Source: Eledone cirrhosa (Eukaryota). Taken from it: DNA of 64,000 nt. The stretch spans positions 27,280,001-27,344,000 of the forward strand of contig OZ024743.1 of the NCBI GenBank assembly GCA_964016885.1. Reading direction: 5' to 3'. How positions within the stretch are numbered: position 1 is the stretch's first letter; each line of letters starts with the position of its first letter. Of this stretch, positions 15,319-29,069 are shown in pieces. The notes under the pieces were generated by a model. That model saw only the letters and a program-made list of their open reading frames with translations. It was not told where the DNA came from and made no database searches. Position numbers and translations under genes: made by a program.

Positions 15319-15516
15319 AAAAAGTATGACCCCGACGGTAGAGCTCAAGCCGTTTCGACGGCTATTTCTGGACTAAAAAATAGCCGTTGAAACGGCTTGA
15401 GCTCTGCCCTCGGGGTCATACTTTTTGCTATTTCCCACTCTACTACCCTAAGTATTGAGTTCTCTGGTGCGTTATGGTCCATCTGCTTCCTTACCACAAT
15501 TCCTTTGTTATATATA

Positions 15517-15570
<54 letters not shown>

Positions 15571-15578
15571 CATATATG

Positions 15579-15610
<32 letters not shown>

Positions 15611-15809
15611 TATATAGAAACGAGTAGGACCCCAACGGCTGAGCTCAAGCCGTTTCGACGGCTAAATCTGGACGTCCAGAATTAGCCGTCGAAACAGCTT
15701 GAGCTCAGCCGTCAGGGTCCTACTCGTTCCTATTACCCACTCTACTACCCTATGTATTGAGTACTTTGGTGCGTTATGGTCCATCTGGTTCCTTACAACA
15801 TTTCCTTCG

Positions 15810-15813
<4 letters not shown>
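15315..15813. mobile_element. Two copies of a ~140-bp TA-flanked repeat, each with an asymmetric fold-back
   Basis: 15315-15510 and 15614-15813; arms are inverted at ...CTGGAC; further copies at 17793-17865, 43979-44118 and 44167-44349. Confidence 0.85.
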
Positions 15814-15902
<89 letters not shown>

Positions 15903-15908
<6 letters not shown>

Positions 15909-16565
15909 ATTGATAAACAAGAGAGATGAACACTAATATAAACATACATGTGTTCATCTCTCTTGTTTATTCAATTATATTACACGGCTCGAAAAAGCTT
16001 TTTTCTTAGAGCTATTTAATTGTAAGAGACTACTCTGAGTTTCTAACTCACTATATATTTGTCGGCTCCATCATGTAGAGCTAATTATAATGTCTCGTTA
16101 ACCAGGCTGCTATTTTTAGCGGCACGAGATTTAGAGACAAGTTGGGTTCCGGAGACACGTGCGCTATTTCATATCGCACACAATTCAGTCTTCTAATATT
16201 TTTAGAAGTGGAAGGATCGCTAATTTCTCAACAACTACCGAGGAGCAGAGAAACGTGTTGACTTCACTTAATAAGATGTTGCGAAACAGTTTTCAAAACT
16301 GTCTAGTTGTTACCAGGCGTTTGCCCGATATAGGTCTGTTATTTTTCTTAATTTACTACTTAAAATTAAGCCTGGCAAACCATATTTCTGTAGTTAGTAT
16401 TGTTTCACCCTAGCTAACCTAGTCCTTACGATTCGAACACATGTATGTTTATATTAGTGTTCATCTCTCTTGTTTATTCAATTATATTACACGGCTCGGA
16501 AAAGCTTTTTTCTTAGAGCTATTTAATTGTAAGAGACTACTCTGAGTTTCTAACTCACTATATAT
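15903..16565. mobile_element. TA-flanked non-coding element with ~105-bp direct terminal repeats and an inverted 5' piece
   Basis: 15950-16057 is repeated at 16458-16565; 15903-15953 is the reverse complement of about 16435-16487. Confidence 0.75.
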
Positions 16566-16786
16566 ATATATATACATTCTTTCCTGTATACTTTTATTGG
16601 TTTTAATTACTAGACGGTGGCTTTGTGAAGGCAGCACCCAGTACTTATCTTTTCAAGCCCTATAATTATTTTATAGATCTCTTTCTGTCGGATCATTAAG
16701 TTATGAGACATTAACTCAGACACGGAGAGAGACAGAGACAGACAGAGACAGACAGACACACACAAACGCCAACAGACATACACACG

Positions 16787-16856
<70 letters not shown>

Positions 16857-17084
16857 TCATATGTATATATATACACACATATATATATATATACATACAT
16901 ATATATAGAGTATATATGTTCATTACATATATATATATATATAAGCACAGGCATGGCTGTATTGTTAGGGAGTTCGCTTAAAAGTTTGTGGTTCAGAGTT
17001 GACCACGGTATGACTTCTACTATGCCCCAAGGTTCACCATGTGAGTAGAATTTAGTAGACAGAAAACAGGGAAGAACATAGGAG

Positions 17085-17725
17085 TGGGCTAGATGGTAGC
17101 AGACTTCAGATCCGCCTCGACGGCTTTACGGGACTCTGCGACTGATGTAGAGTACCACGAAATGCCGATGATACCAATCGCGATACGGGTCGCCCCGACC
17201 GACTGTACGGGATGGAAATCACCCAGTTTGAATTGTCTGACCTATGAAATTTACGGAGATATGTCAGATTTATTCTCTGCTCTCCTCGAAGTTATCTACT
17301 ACAACTGACAGCAGAAGGAGAGGATTCTCAGTTCTCTGTGTCGGGACGCAGTAACGCTGATGAAGAAAGACGAGAAAAGGGAAATAATTTATAGTTTCCG
17401 GCTCATAGCTCTGCTAAACACAGAGTAAAAGATTTTGGCCCAGGTGCTAGCAACAAGGTTTGCGTTTGTCGTCGAGAGCATGGTACGAGAGGCGCAGACG
17501 TGCGCAATCTCAACCAGGTCAATAAACGACGATCTCCACCTCATGCGATATATAATAGAGAGGGTGGGGAGTAAACTTGGCTTCGATGGGGCTCTGATCA
17601 AGTTGGATCAATGGAAATCTTTCAATAGGGTCAACCATCGATACCTGAACGCTGTTCTCAAGGGAGCTGGCTTCGGTTCCGTCTTCATAGACTGGATCAC
17701 AGCAAGCACAGTGGCATCGCCTCGG
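17085..17725 (+). pseudogene. Degenerate reverse transcriptase fragment, Tx1/L1-like LINE
   Basis: KSPSLNCLTYEIY (GKSPGxDG-like), FRLIALLNTE*KILAQVLATR, LIKLDQWKSFNRVNHRYL (LDxxKAFDRV); contains stops. Confidence 0.85.
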
Positions 17726-18049
17726 TATATATATATATATATATATATACACTAACCCCCCACCCCCCACCCACACGCATATATATATATATATAGGAAC
17801 GAGTAGGACCCCGACGGCTGAGCTCAAGCCGTTTCGACGGCTAATTCTGGACTAAAAAAAAAAAATATATATATATAAATATACACACATGACGGGATTC
17901 GGCAGTTTCCGTCTTCCGAATTCTACTCATTAAGATCAACCTGCAGAAATCAGTTGCACTACGTGATACGCAGGCAGGGACTGAAGTTCCTGGCTGCAAA
18001 GAAAACTCCTTCACCCCCCCCCCCCAATATATATATATATATTTATGTA

Positions 18050-18340
18050 TTTAAAATTAGAAAATTAGATAGTAATATGTGCTACGCAGTGTTTGACTAC
18101 ATAGAATTAGTCTGTTAGTTGGGATTTTAAAAAAAACCCTCTGAATGGAAAAAAGGATGAATATTGACGTACATGGGACACGAACCCACATCGTTTTTTC
18201 ATTCAGAGGGGTTTTTAAAATCCCAACTAACAGACTAATTCTATGTAGTCAAACACGGCGTAAGCACATAATACTATCTAATTTTCAAATTCGCTAGCCG
18301 TTTCTAAACAAAGCCTGCTTTGTATCTCCCTATTTATATA
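18050..18340. mobile_element. TA-flanked fold-back element with a tRNA B-box-like spacer
   Basis: ~105-bp inverted arms at 18055-18160 / 18190-18292; the spacer reads TGGGTTCGTGTCCC on the minus strand. Confidence 0.65.
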
Positions 18341-19556
18341 CATATACTGTATATTTGTTTATTGCAATCATTAACAGCAGTGAAAGTGTTTCACTTTTCG
18401 TGGCCCTGTTCTACCGACTGGCGCAGGTTATACAATTCTTTCGTGTCCCTTAAGATGTAGATGCTTGAAAGGAATACATAAGAAACATATAGCAGGACAC
18501 TTTCTGCGTTTTGCCACCGTTTCCTTTTGCATGTAGTTCTTGTTAGGAGAGATAACTTAATATACAGACTAAATATACTCTGCTTATTCATACTGTACAA
18601 CATATGAAGCATCATTAAGACCTAATGACATCATTAAGAAAATGTCTCATATTTATAGCCTTGGCATTGATGTCATTTGACAATGGACAACGTCCATTGG
18701 GTGTGTCGAACCCCTCTCAACCGTAACACCTTATCTCTGGTTTCTGCTCCTCTTCGCCTCCTCGCTTCCAGCTTATCTCCTCTCTCCTTCTCCAAAGCCA
18801 ACAAGAGGCCCTTTCTGCTGTTACCCCCATCCTGCGAACTGCAGAGTTCTTTTTCTTCCTGTCATTCCAGTGGCAGTGAGCATTCTACATATTGTGGGTC
18901 ACGAGAATCCCCCGCAGCCCCTCCCAATAGCCATGCCTGCCAACCTTTCTCCCTTTCAGCATATGTAAAATATTTCTGGGCTTGCGGAATAATGAATTTA
19001 GGCTTAAAGCAATGTTTTCTAAAAGAATACGATGGGTAACCAAACCAGCAACACCGCCTCCATCGTGTCGATGATATTGTTAGTTATAGAACAGTAAAAA
19101 CACAACTACATATTCTAAGTGTATATAATGGGTGTGTATAGCTACTACATATAACGAAATAAATAAGTGATGATTTATGAGATGAATTATGAGTGATGTT
19201 TTATATAATGCTTCGCTAGAAATTAATGAAATATGTACGGTCTCTATCGGAACTGAATATATTGCAGTATCTTTGTTGACGGATATCTTCATTTTAAAAG
19301 TTGGGTCATAAACGAACATTCATATAGAGTAAATCGATATGATAGCAATTAGCTGTCATATATATGAAAATATAGAATAGTTTTTATTTCCCAATGCTTA
19401 TTCCATTCAAACATACATATATAGATGCATATATAAATCCATCCATATAAACATAGATACAAACTTACATGAAAACACATATAAACATAAATAGATACAT
19501 ACATGAATAGATGCATACATATATAGATACATGCATACATATATGCATACATATAT

Positions 19557-19603
<47 letters not shown>

Positions 19604-19766
19604 TACATACAGAGATACATATTGACATACATATATACATACATTCTATAATGTTTCTCTGATATACAGTGAATTAAAGTGTCAGCGACAATGTTGTAGA
19701 TATACGAATGAAATACTTTGCAATCTAATAATATATGATGTTATTACAAACTAACAACACACACAC

Positions 19767-19797
<31 letters not shown>

Positions 19798-19801
19798 TAC
19801 G

Positions 19802-19832
<31 letters not shown>

Positions 19833-19856
19833 CTATATATATATCTCTATATATAC

Positions 19857-19904
<48 letters not shown>

Positions 19905-21187
19905 ATATGCACCAAGCAGCTGAAGTGTATGATATATATATATAATAAATATATATATATACAAAGAGATAGATAGTCAGACAGAATAGATAGATAGATA
20001 GATGTATAGAGGATAGTTCTGTGTCCTAAACATGCACTGAGTTAAGAACGCAATAATGTTTGTAAAACCCCAAAATAATTGGAAGCTTTGCTGATACTGG
20101 CCCCTCAACCCACACACATGCATACACATACACGCACGCAGGCACACTCACACAGACACACACACATACAAACACACACACACACACACACATACACACA
20201 CACATACATATACTACGCACATACACACACACATTCCTATCACTATCTCTAGTGTTAGGAATAAATATTTTGTTGTTGTAATTGTAAAATTTCTTCCCAT
20301 GAAAGGAGAGAAAATAAAATAACCGATCCTCAGATCAGACCAAAGAAGCAATGTTTCCATTAGTCTTTCCATGGACAATAATATCGGCCAGTTGCAACTC
20401 CTGGCAAAAGGAGGGAAAATTTGAACTCAGCGCATGCAAAGCCGGAACAGATATACTATAAACAATTTTGTCACTTCACTAACCTGGGACTGGTACTTTA
20501 TTTACCGACATTGAAAAGTTGAGAAGCAATGTTGACTTTCACGACCGAGACAACTTTTAAAAGTATTCAGCTGATGGAAAGCAAGAAAGGGGGGAGAACT
20601 CCTATAGGCTTGGCTGATCCAACTCTTTTGTCAAAATTTATGACAAAGTCGTGTGCATTTATGTTTATTAGAGAACCATCAGTTTAAATCAGAAACGCTT
20701 ATATAACCATCAGAAACAATCACCAGAAAGTAACTGAGCTTGAAGTCGATGTTTAATTCTTAAATGACGTGACCCACTTTTGCCGCTGCTCGGTAATAAA
20801 TCTGAGAAAACGGCATGGACATTTCAACTAATAAAATGAGGCATCAAAGAAACGAGAAAATACGATGAAATGAAGGAAAAACGTTTTCTTTTTTCTCTGC
20901 AATTAATGAGGAGTCGATGTGAAAACGTCTTTTGAAGTTGTTCTCTTGACTTATCTTACTGCTCTAAGTATCTGTTCAGATTAACTTTCCAAAGGAATTC
21001 ACATTTGAAGATCTTTTAACATATTTATCATTATACCTAAAATTGATAGGATACTTCAGATTTTCGTGTGTGTTATTATCTTACTATCAATCTATCTACG
21101 ACGATCAAATCACCCATCTGTCTAAAACACATGTATCTGCATCTATAACTAGATAACTCAATATTTCTTATTTCAATTTAACATAAT

Positions 21188-21321
21188 GTCCTCCTCCTCC
21201 TCCTCCTCCTCCACTTTTCCCCCTCCTTTTCCTCTTCCTCCACTCCTCCTCCTCCACCCCCTCCTCCACCCCCTCCTCCACTACACCTATTCACACCCCC
21301 ACCACCACCAGTACCACCACC

Positions 21322-21386
<65 letters not shown>

Positions 21387-21416
21387 CATCACCACCAACG
21401 CCACCACCACTCCTAC
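21188..21416. repeat. (CCT)/(CAC)/(TAC)n compound microsatellite
   Basis: Direct reading; another (TAC)n at 21763-21830. Confidence 0.95.
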
Positions 21417-21763
21417 TGAAGTATCCTCCGTTGGTTTCGACGACGAATATTCGATTGTCTGAAGAACTGAACTATATGCTCACTGAATTATTTATAAGTG
21501 CCTAGCTAATGCACAGACGCATGATAATTCTCGAACAGAATTAGCATGACACCGTGTGTAAGGAAATTTGCTTTGGATTTACAGTTACGGTTCATGAGAC
21601 TAGTTTCTGTACAGTTTACACCAACCCAATTTAACTCAAAAGACTTGGGTAGACCCAATGTTCTGTTATGGATATCTGCTGAAGATGCGACACAGACGAC
21701 TTGAACCATGTACCTCCTGACTGTGAAGAGAACATGATGATAACCAGTCGATCATCCCCGTGT

Positions 21764-21832
<69 letters not shown>

Positions 21833-23301
21833 TGGCTGCTCTCTCCCTTTCTCTCTCTCTAACTCTCTTTCTCTCTTTACTCACAAGTACACATACACAC
21901 ACATCCAAGTATATGCATGTTTATGTGAAAATATATGGAGAGATCGATGTTAACTAGTATTCGAAACCGAAGCTGGATCACAACTGCTCTGTATCGTAGC
22001 AGGTGCTAACTTCTGGCAAAATTCTCTTAATGGGGGAGAGAATAGAAAATAATTAATACAAGCACACACCCAGACAATTAAATGAAGGAATATAATTCAT
22101 TTACCAAATATGTTATGGAGGTTAAAACATTCATTGAACGATATTTACTTAAAAGAAGAGTTTGTGACATCATTAGAGACAATTCTACGAGCAAATCAAT
22201 GTCGAAGAATGGGGATGAAATTAATAAATAGCCAGTATGATCATTTCCAGTTAGTTATCACTAAACTATAAATAATTACTGAAACATAAATATTGAAAAT
22301 CGATCTACAATCGAAAAGATTTGTTTCGAAGCGATTGAAATTGCTAGAAAGAACAATAATGGTAATTAAAGCAATAAAGTATTTTTGTTTCCATTTGAGG
22401 CAAGAAAGGTCTGCCGCTGGCATAGTTGATAGGTTAACGATTAGTTAAACAGTCAATACATTGATTTGTATTTATGGTCTCTTAGGACCAAGGTCTCTAT
22501 GTTTAACTTTCATAAACTCTGCTGTCAAGCTATTACTAGGCAGGATATGTCACTGATTTAAATGTAAAAAACAGCAGCAATAACAATTAACGAGTGTTTC
22601 GCTGAGTTGCCTCGGTAATAAATCCGATTCTTGTCGTGGGACATAACATAAACATATGGGACAGATAGTTTCGAGATAAGTCTGCCAGTTCATGCAACAG
22701 CAAAAAACATTTAACAAGAAATATTTGAGTCAAGAGATATAAAACAAACGGAGCCGTTGGGTGGGTAAATTAGCTACGATATATTAACGCTAGATAGAAT
22801 GGAGTGCTTTACTGGCATTCTTAGCACCAGAAAGCATTAGAGCGGGAATTGTAAGAAAACTTGAACGGAGATCTGGACACACTGAAACCGTATTGGCAAT
22901 CATTGGGTTTGGTTCACTGGGAGTCGAGTCTGCTCTTAATTTTTCGATGCATCCCATTATTCAGTGATAGATAGCTCTGAACAACTTCAGTTGAGTCGAT
23001 GATTTTTGAGCTGGCTCAATCGTATTTGAATACATTCGTTCAAAAACGCTAAACTGCAAAAACCAACTGCCCTAGCGATAAAAATAATATAATTCTAGAT
23101 CACAAAAGAAGGCGATGGAATGAGCAATTCAGTTATCTCTGTGGCTTAATATAATATATATATAAACAACAATAGACTGGAATTTACTGGGAAACTAAGA
23201 CATGCCCATGTCTCCTATCAAAGGCTAAACCCCAAGCAAATATCATATGTTAATTTAACTGAATACTGTGAGTTACATTTTAGCCATATGATATCATGGA
23301 C

Positions 23302-24341
23302 TGCTAGACACTGCGGCTTAATACGGGATGTTTGTTTACAAACACACCGTACATATATATATCTGTGCATGTATGTATATATATATATACATACTACTGT
23401 ACGTCTGTATACATATATGTATGTACGTGTACATATTTATATTTAAGTAACAGCCGTACTAAGAGTGGGAAATGAAATTTCGTTTCATTTTTTCTGTTTA
23501 TCGTTTTCGGTGCACCCGGCCGATTAACCCACTCGATATGCAAATTGGGCTACTTAGCCGTTAATATGCATAAGGTAAGTATATACGTTCAACAATCTGG
23601 CAGGAAGGTATACGTTGCTGACGATAGCTAATAAGCTTGAATTAAGTACAGCGTTCCTTTGTCAGTGTTGAACAAACGAGCAACGATCGTTGCTAGACAC
23701 TACGGCTTAATACGGGATGTTTGTTTACAAACACACCGAGCATTATAATAAATATTCGGTGAATCCATACGTACATATATATATGTGTGCATGGATGTAT
23801 ATATATATACATACTACTGTACGTCTGTATACATATATGTATGTACGTGTACATACTTATATTTAAGTAACAGCCGTACTAAGAGTGGGAAATGAAATTT
23901 CGTTTCATTTTTTCTGTTTATCGTTTTCGGTGCACCCGGCCGATTTACCCACTCGATATGCAAATTGGGCTACTCAGCTGTTAATATGCATAAGGTAAGT
24001 ATATAAGTTCAACAATCTGGCAGGAAGGTATACGTTGCTGACGATAGCTAATAAGCTTGAATTAAGTACAGCGTTCCTTTGTTAGTATTGAACAAACGAG
24101 CAACGATGGTTCCTAGACACTACGGCTTAATACGGGATGTTAGTTTACAAACACACCGAGCATTATAATAAATATTCGGTGAATCCATACGTACATATAT
24201 ATATGTGTGCATGTATGTATATATATATATACATACTACTGTACGTCTGTATACATATATGTATGTACGTATACATATTTATATTTAAGTAACAGCCGTA
24301 CTAAGAGTGGGAAATGAAATTTTGTTTCATTTTTTCCGTTT
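23302..24341 (+). mobile_element. Tandem array (~2.5 units, 420-bp period) of an HHR-bearing non-coding unit, retrozyme-like
   Basis: Units start at 23302, 23691 and 24111; HHR-like motifs at 23612-23654 and 24032-24074; ends in (TA)n. Confidence 0.85.
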
Positions 24342-24960
24342 ATATATATATATTGAGAGAGAGAGAGAGAGATAGATAGATAGAGAGAGAGAGATAGCGA
24401 GAGAGGGAGGTAGATATATAGATATTCATGTGTATGATACGTTTAGCATGGAAGGTATTAATGTGTACCACATCCATTACATACATTACGTCATTGTAAA
24501 GAGAGACTGAATATAGTTAGTGGTATTCGTTGGTGACACCTCAGGGGAGTGACCTTTCCACAAGACTCTAGTAGTACGTTTCAACTCATAACTCATACAT
24601 AATTCAACATCGTAGCAAATCCGTCATCTCGTTTTTGCCGAATGGATAATTAGAATTGGTATTTGTAATATATTTTGAAATAGACTAATCAAATACGTTT
24701 CCTAACCTCATTTTACTTGACAATCTCTTATAAAATATAAAAGTGTCATTATTAAATTGTTTAAACCTTTTTCCAATCATATATATGTAAATGTATTAGC
24801 AAACATAAATCTTGCATTTTTGTTATGCATTTCCGTTATAATCTAGAACATAGAAATAAAACATGCAACAATTAATTGTGTATTTAAAAAGCAAACACGC
24901 ACATATATATGTATGAATATTTTTATTTGCAACTATATGGATATGCTGGTATACAAATAT

Positions 24961-25143
24961 AATTGTTTCTACTTTTGGCACAAGGCCAGAAATTATCCCA
25001 GTGTATTACTGGTACTTTATTTTATCGACTCCGTAAGGATGAAAGGCAAAGTTAACTTCGGCGGGATTTGAACTCAGACCATAAAGGGCCGTAACTCCTT
25101 TCTGCAAAGCATGGCGTCCGACCCTCTACCGATACTGCCAGTT
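24961..25143 (-). mobile_element. tRNA-derived SINE (the abundant family in this window)
   Basis: Minus strand: A-box-like GGCAGTATCGG, B-box GAGTTCAAATCC, core gcctttcatccttacggagtcgataaaataaagtaccag, tail ggccttgtgccaaaagtagaaac. Confidence 0.9.
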
Positions 25144-25866
25144 CCTCTTTACTGAACAAATCTATGAAAATTCCATTGACCTAATGTTACTCCATTGTCT
25201 ACACTGAATAGTCGTTGAATGTAATCGGAATTGTAATGGTGTCTCCAAATATATGGTGCCTGCGGTGATTCGAGGAATACGTGAGGATGCTGGTAGTTTG
25301 GTCTGTGATGAAATGATGTCAATAATAGTTTATTAACGGTGTCGAAAAAGCACTACTCAGATGATTGTAGTCGAGACGATAAAACTCATCTTAACAATAT
25401 CAGTGCACTATTAAAAGAAAGGAAGCCAATTTTTATTAATGTTAAAGTGAAATTTATTACAAGAAATTGTAAATGTTTATTTCATTCGTTATTGTTTTTA
25501 TCTAATTTCCATTATTTATAATATTTCAAAAATCATTTCCTTTCGTTTACTGCCTCATTCCCATTCAGTTCATTTGCCCAGAAACAATCTTTAATGAAAT
25601 GTACTTTTAAGAGTTTGCTGGAATTAATTGAATCTACTGCTTCATATTTTATTATTTGAATTTGTTAAGTAGGATCATATACTTTCTCTAGAGATATTTG
25701 TTTTCCGAAAGTAAGATTGCACTGATTTAAGATATCTGTATTCACCAAGTTAAATAACTAATAGAATAAAATCACCCTCTAATTTCAGGTACACTTTTAT
25801 TATGTTGGCACGATGTCAGATAATTGCAGAGTAGAGTTATAGAAAATTAATTTTATCATGGTAATT

Positions 25867-25931
<65 letters not shown>

Positions 25932-26017
25932 GTATGTATATGTATATATTATATATATATATTTATGTATGTATATGTATATATATATATGTATATATAT
26001 ATATATACATATATATA

Positions 26018-27922
26018 GTAATAATAATAAAATTGAAGACTAAATCCAAAGAGGGCTCGATAAGGAAAATATATATCAAATATATAAGAACCGTAGAGCA
26101 AATATTTATTAAAATAACAGATTAAAGTTTAAGCAAAGAATCGCTGCTTTCACCCTTAACGGGATCTTCTGAAACTAACAAAGTCAATCTGTAAACGCAG
26201 AACTGGATATTTCAAAAAACGTTGCAACCGGAGGAAGACAGGAAGACGATACTTTGGTTCGTGGAAACGTTCGCTGGCAAAGAACGGGAAAAAACGAATA
26301 ATACGTCATTAATAGGAGCGGTGAAAAACAATTACGCGCAAAGACAGAACCACGTTTATGGTATAAAAGAGGTCGTAGACTAATGTTCTCTTAGGTGGTG
26401 CATAGAGACGTTCTCTGGCAATGAACGAAAAAGCGAAGATAATAAGTCATATGTGGAGCGTGGAGAACAATAGCACGCAAAGACAAAACCACGTAAATGG
26501 TATAGCAGAAGTTGTAGACTAAAATTCTAACTAGGAGACCAAATGAATCTCCGCTACATAGGGCCTACATAGGTTTAACCGCCAATAGTTAACCGCCAAT
26601 AGTTTCAAGCAACGTCTTTACATGTATACCCATTCTTTTCGTTACCCTCTAAGAAGGAATATGACGTCACTTTCAGCTTATATCTGGAGTCTAAAGGACG
26701 ACCACACCCAATATAAATTACACTGGGAGATCCTAGCTAGGGCTAGATCGTATAACGGAAATAAAAGACCATGTGACCTTTGCGGCGCTGAGGCCCTGGA
26801 AATACTCTACGCCACAGACCACATCTTAAACAAAAAATCTGAGGCAATTTCGGCTTGTAAACATAAATTGCACAAAACTTTCCTGTATTACAGCCCCACG
26901 TTATACCCTAACGGATAGCACGATCTATACGTGGATATTTTACGTCTTGATGTGGGAGCTAAGTATATGTTTCGTTTATTCCTTTACTTATTTGCATAGG
27001 TAAGTATATGTTACCCGTATGTTTTGTGAAGGTATGTATACTTTCTCGTACGTATATTTGACTGTTATGGCGTATAATTTTTACATATTCTGGTATTTAG
27101 GGTTTGGCTATGTGTATACGGGAGTTTTGCGTCTGCGTGAGTATGCAGGTTCGTACGTATGGTGGGTGTGTGTATATGTGTACTTCTTGTTTTAGTTGAC
27201 TTACGTCTCCGAACATTCGTGTATTTATTTGTAGGTATGTGTGTGCGCTTGTTATATACGTATTTATTTACTTATATACGTTTATATAATTATTTATTTA
27301 TTTGTACACAAGCATACACACACACACATATCTTTATATGTGCTTGGTTTTGTATACTAATGGTAAGGTTTTGCGTATGCTTGTGTATGTACGTATCTGT
27401 TTGCGTGTATGTATTTATTTGTTTCTATTACTTCTGTATTGTATTTATTTACTTTGTTCTTAACTCTGTAGCGGAGATTCATTTGGTCTCCTAGTTAGAA
27501 TTTTAGTCTACAACTTCTGCTATACCATTTACGTGGTTTTGTCTTTGCGTGCTATTGTTCTCCACGCTCCACATATGACTTATTATCTTCGCTTTTTCGT
27601 TCATTGCCAGAGAACGTCTCTATGCACCACCTAAGAGAACATTAGTCTACGACCTCTTTTATACCATAAACGTGGTTCTGTCTTTGCGCGTAATTGTTTT
27701 TCACCGCTCCTATTAATGACGTATTATTCGTTTTTTCCCGTTCTTTGCCAGCGAACGTTTCCACGAACCAAAGTATCGTCTTCCTGTCTTCCTCCGGTTG
27801 CAACGTTTTTTGAAATATCCAGTTCTGCGTTTACAGATTGACTTTGTTAGTTTCAGAAGATCCCGTTAAGGGTGAAAGCAGCGATTCTTTGCTTAAACTT
27901 TAATCTGTTATTTTAATAAATA
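26018..27922 (+). mobile_element. 5'-truncated Penelope-like element with an inverted terminal-repeat copy
   Basis: GIY-YIG remnant at 26560-26918; ~457-bp inverted repeat 26101-26558 / 27467-27922; HHR-like motifs at 26126-26176 (-) and 27849-27899 (+). Confidence 0.92.
26560..26918 (+). pseudogene. GIY-YIG C-terminal fragment (Nematis-like PLE)
   Basis: AYIGLTANS..FKQRLY..HSF..TSLSAYIWSLKD..WEILARARSY..CDLCGAE..ILNKKSE..CKHK; a 14-bp duplication near 26577-26604 shifts the frame. Confidence 0.85.
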
Positions 27923-28070
27923 TACATATATATATATATATATATATTTATGTATGTATATGCATATATTATATATATATATTTATGTATGTATATGTAT
28001 ATATATGTATATATATATATATATATAATATATATATATATATTATATATATATATATATTATATATATG

Positions 28071-28168
<98 letters not shown>

Positions 28169-28201
28169 ATATATTATATATATATATATATTATATATAT
28201 G

Positions 28202-28235
<34 letters not shown>

Positions 28236-28268
28236 ATATATTATATATATATATATATTATATATATG

Positions 28269-28302
<34 letters not shown>

Positions 28303-28324
28303 ATATATTATATATATATTTATA

Positions 28325-28408
<84 letters not shown>

Positions 28409-28560
28409 TATATATATATATATATATATATACTATATATATATATATGTATATATATATATGTGTATATGTATGTATATATATATATATATATATATGT
28501 ATATACATACATACATAATATATATATATAAATATATATATAATTATATATATATATAAT
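27923..28560. repeat. Interrupted (TA)n array
   Basis: Direct reading. Confidence 0.95.
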
Positions 28561-29069
28561 TATAAGTGTGAAATATATTTAATTCATTCATTCATCGATT
28601 TGAAGGTGGGCATCACTCATATATGTATAAATGTGCATGTGTATCTTCTGACTTTCTCTCTCTCTCTCTCTCTCTCTCTCATCGTCATCGTCATCGTCAT
28701 CGTCATCATACTCATCGTCATCATACTCATCGTCATCATCGTTTTTACGTTCGCTTCTCCACGCTTCCATGAATAGTAGTAGGCTAAGGACCCAACCTTT
28801 AGCCTACTACTACCTGTACCTGGAATTCTACTACTACCTGTACCTGGAATTCCTTACTTAACTCATTTCTTACTCTTACTTTGCTGACAGCTCCTCTGTA
28901 TATGAGCTGCATACTTCCCTCCACACCTTCTTCTACACCTAGTTTCCTTAAGGACCACCAGATAATATGCCGGGTACTCTGTCAAATGGTATTTGTAAGC
29001 CAACAAAAGCTAGTTATAGTGGCTTATTTCTGGCTAAGGTCTTCTCTTGTAAGTGCCACCCTAAAAAAA

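Noticed and set aside
18391-19039. Short non-repetitive ORFs that could be host exons
   Set aside because: No recognisable domain or convincing splice pattern; small exons elsewhere cannot be excluded without RNA-seq
22680-22900. Possible ancient RTE C-terminal remnant (RWVGKLA)
   Set aside because: Too degenerate to call by eye
23302-24341. CRISPR-like or ordinary satellite interpretation
   Set aside because: There are no unique spacers and the context is eukaryotic; the HHR motif and dispersed copy favour a retrozyme-like element
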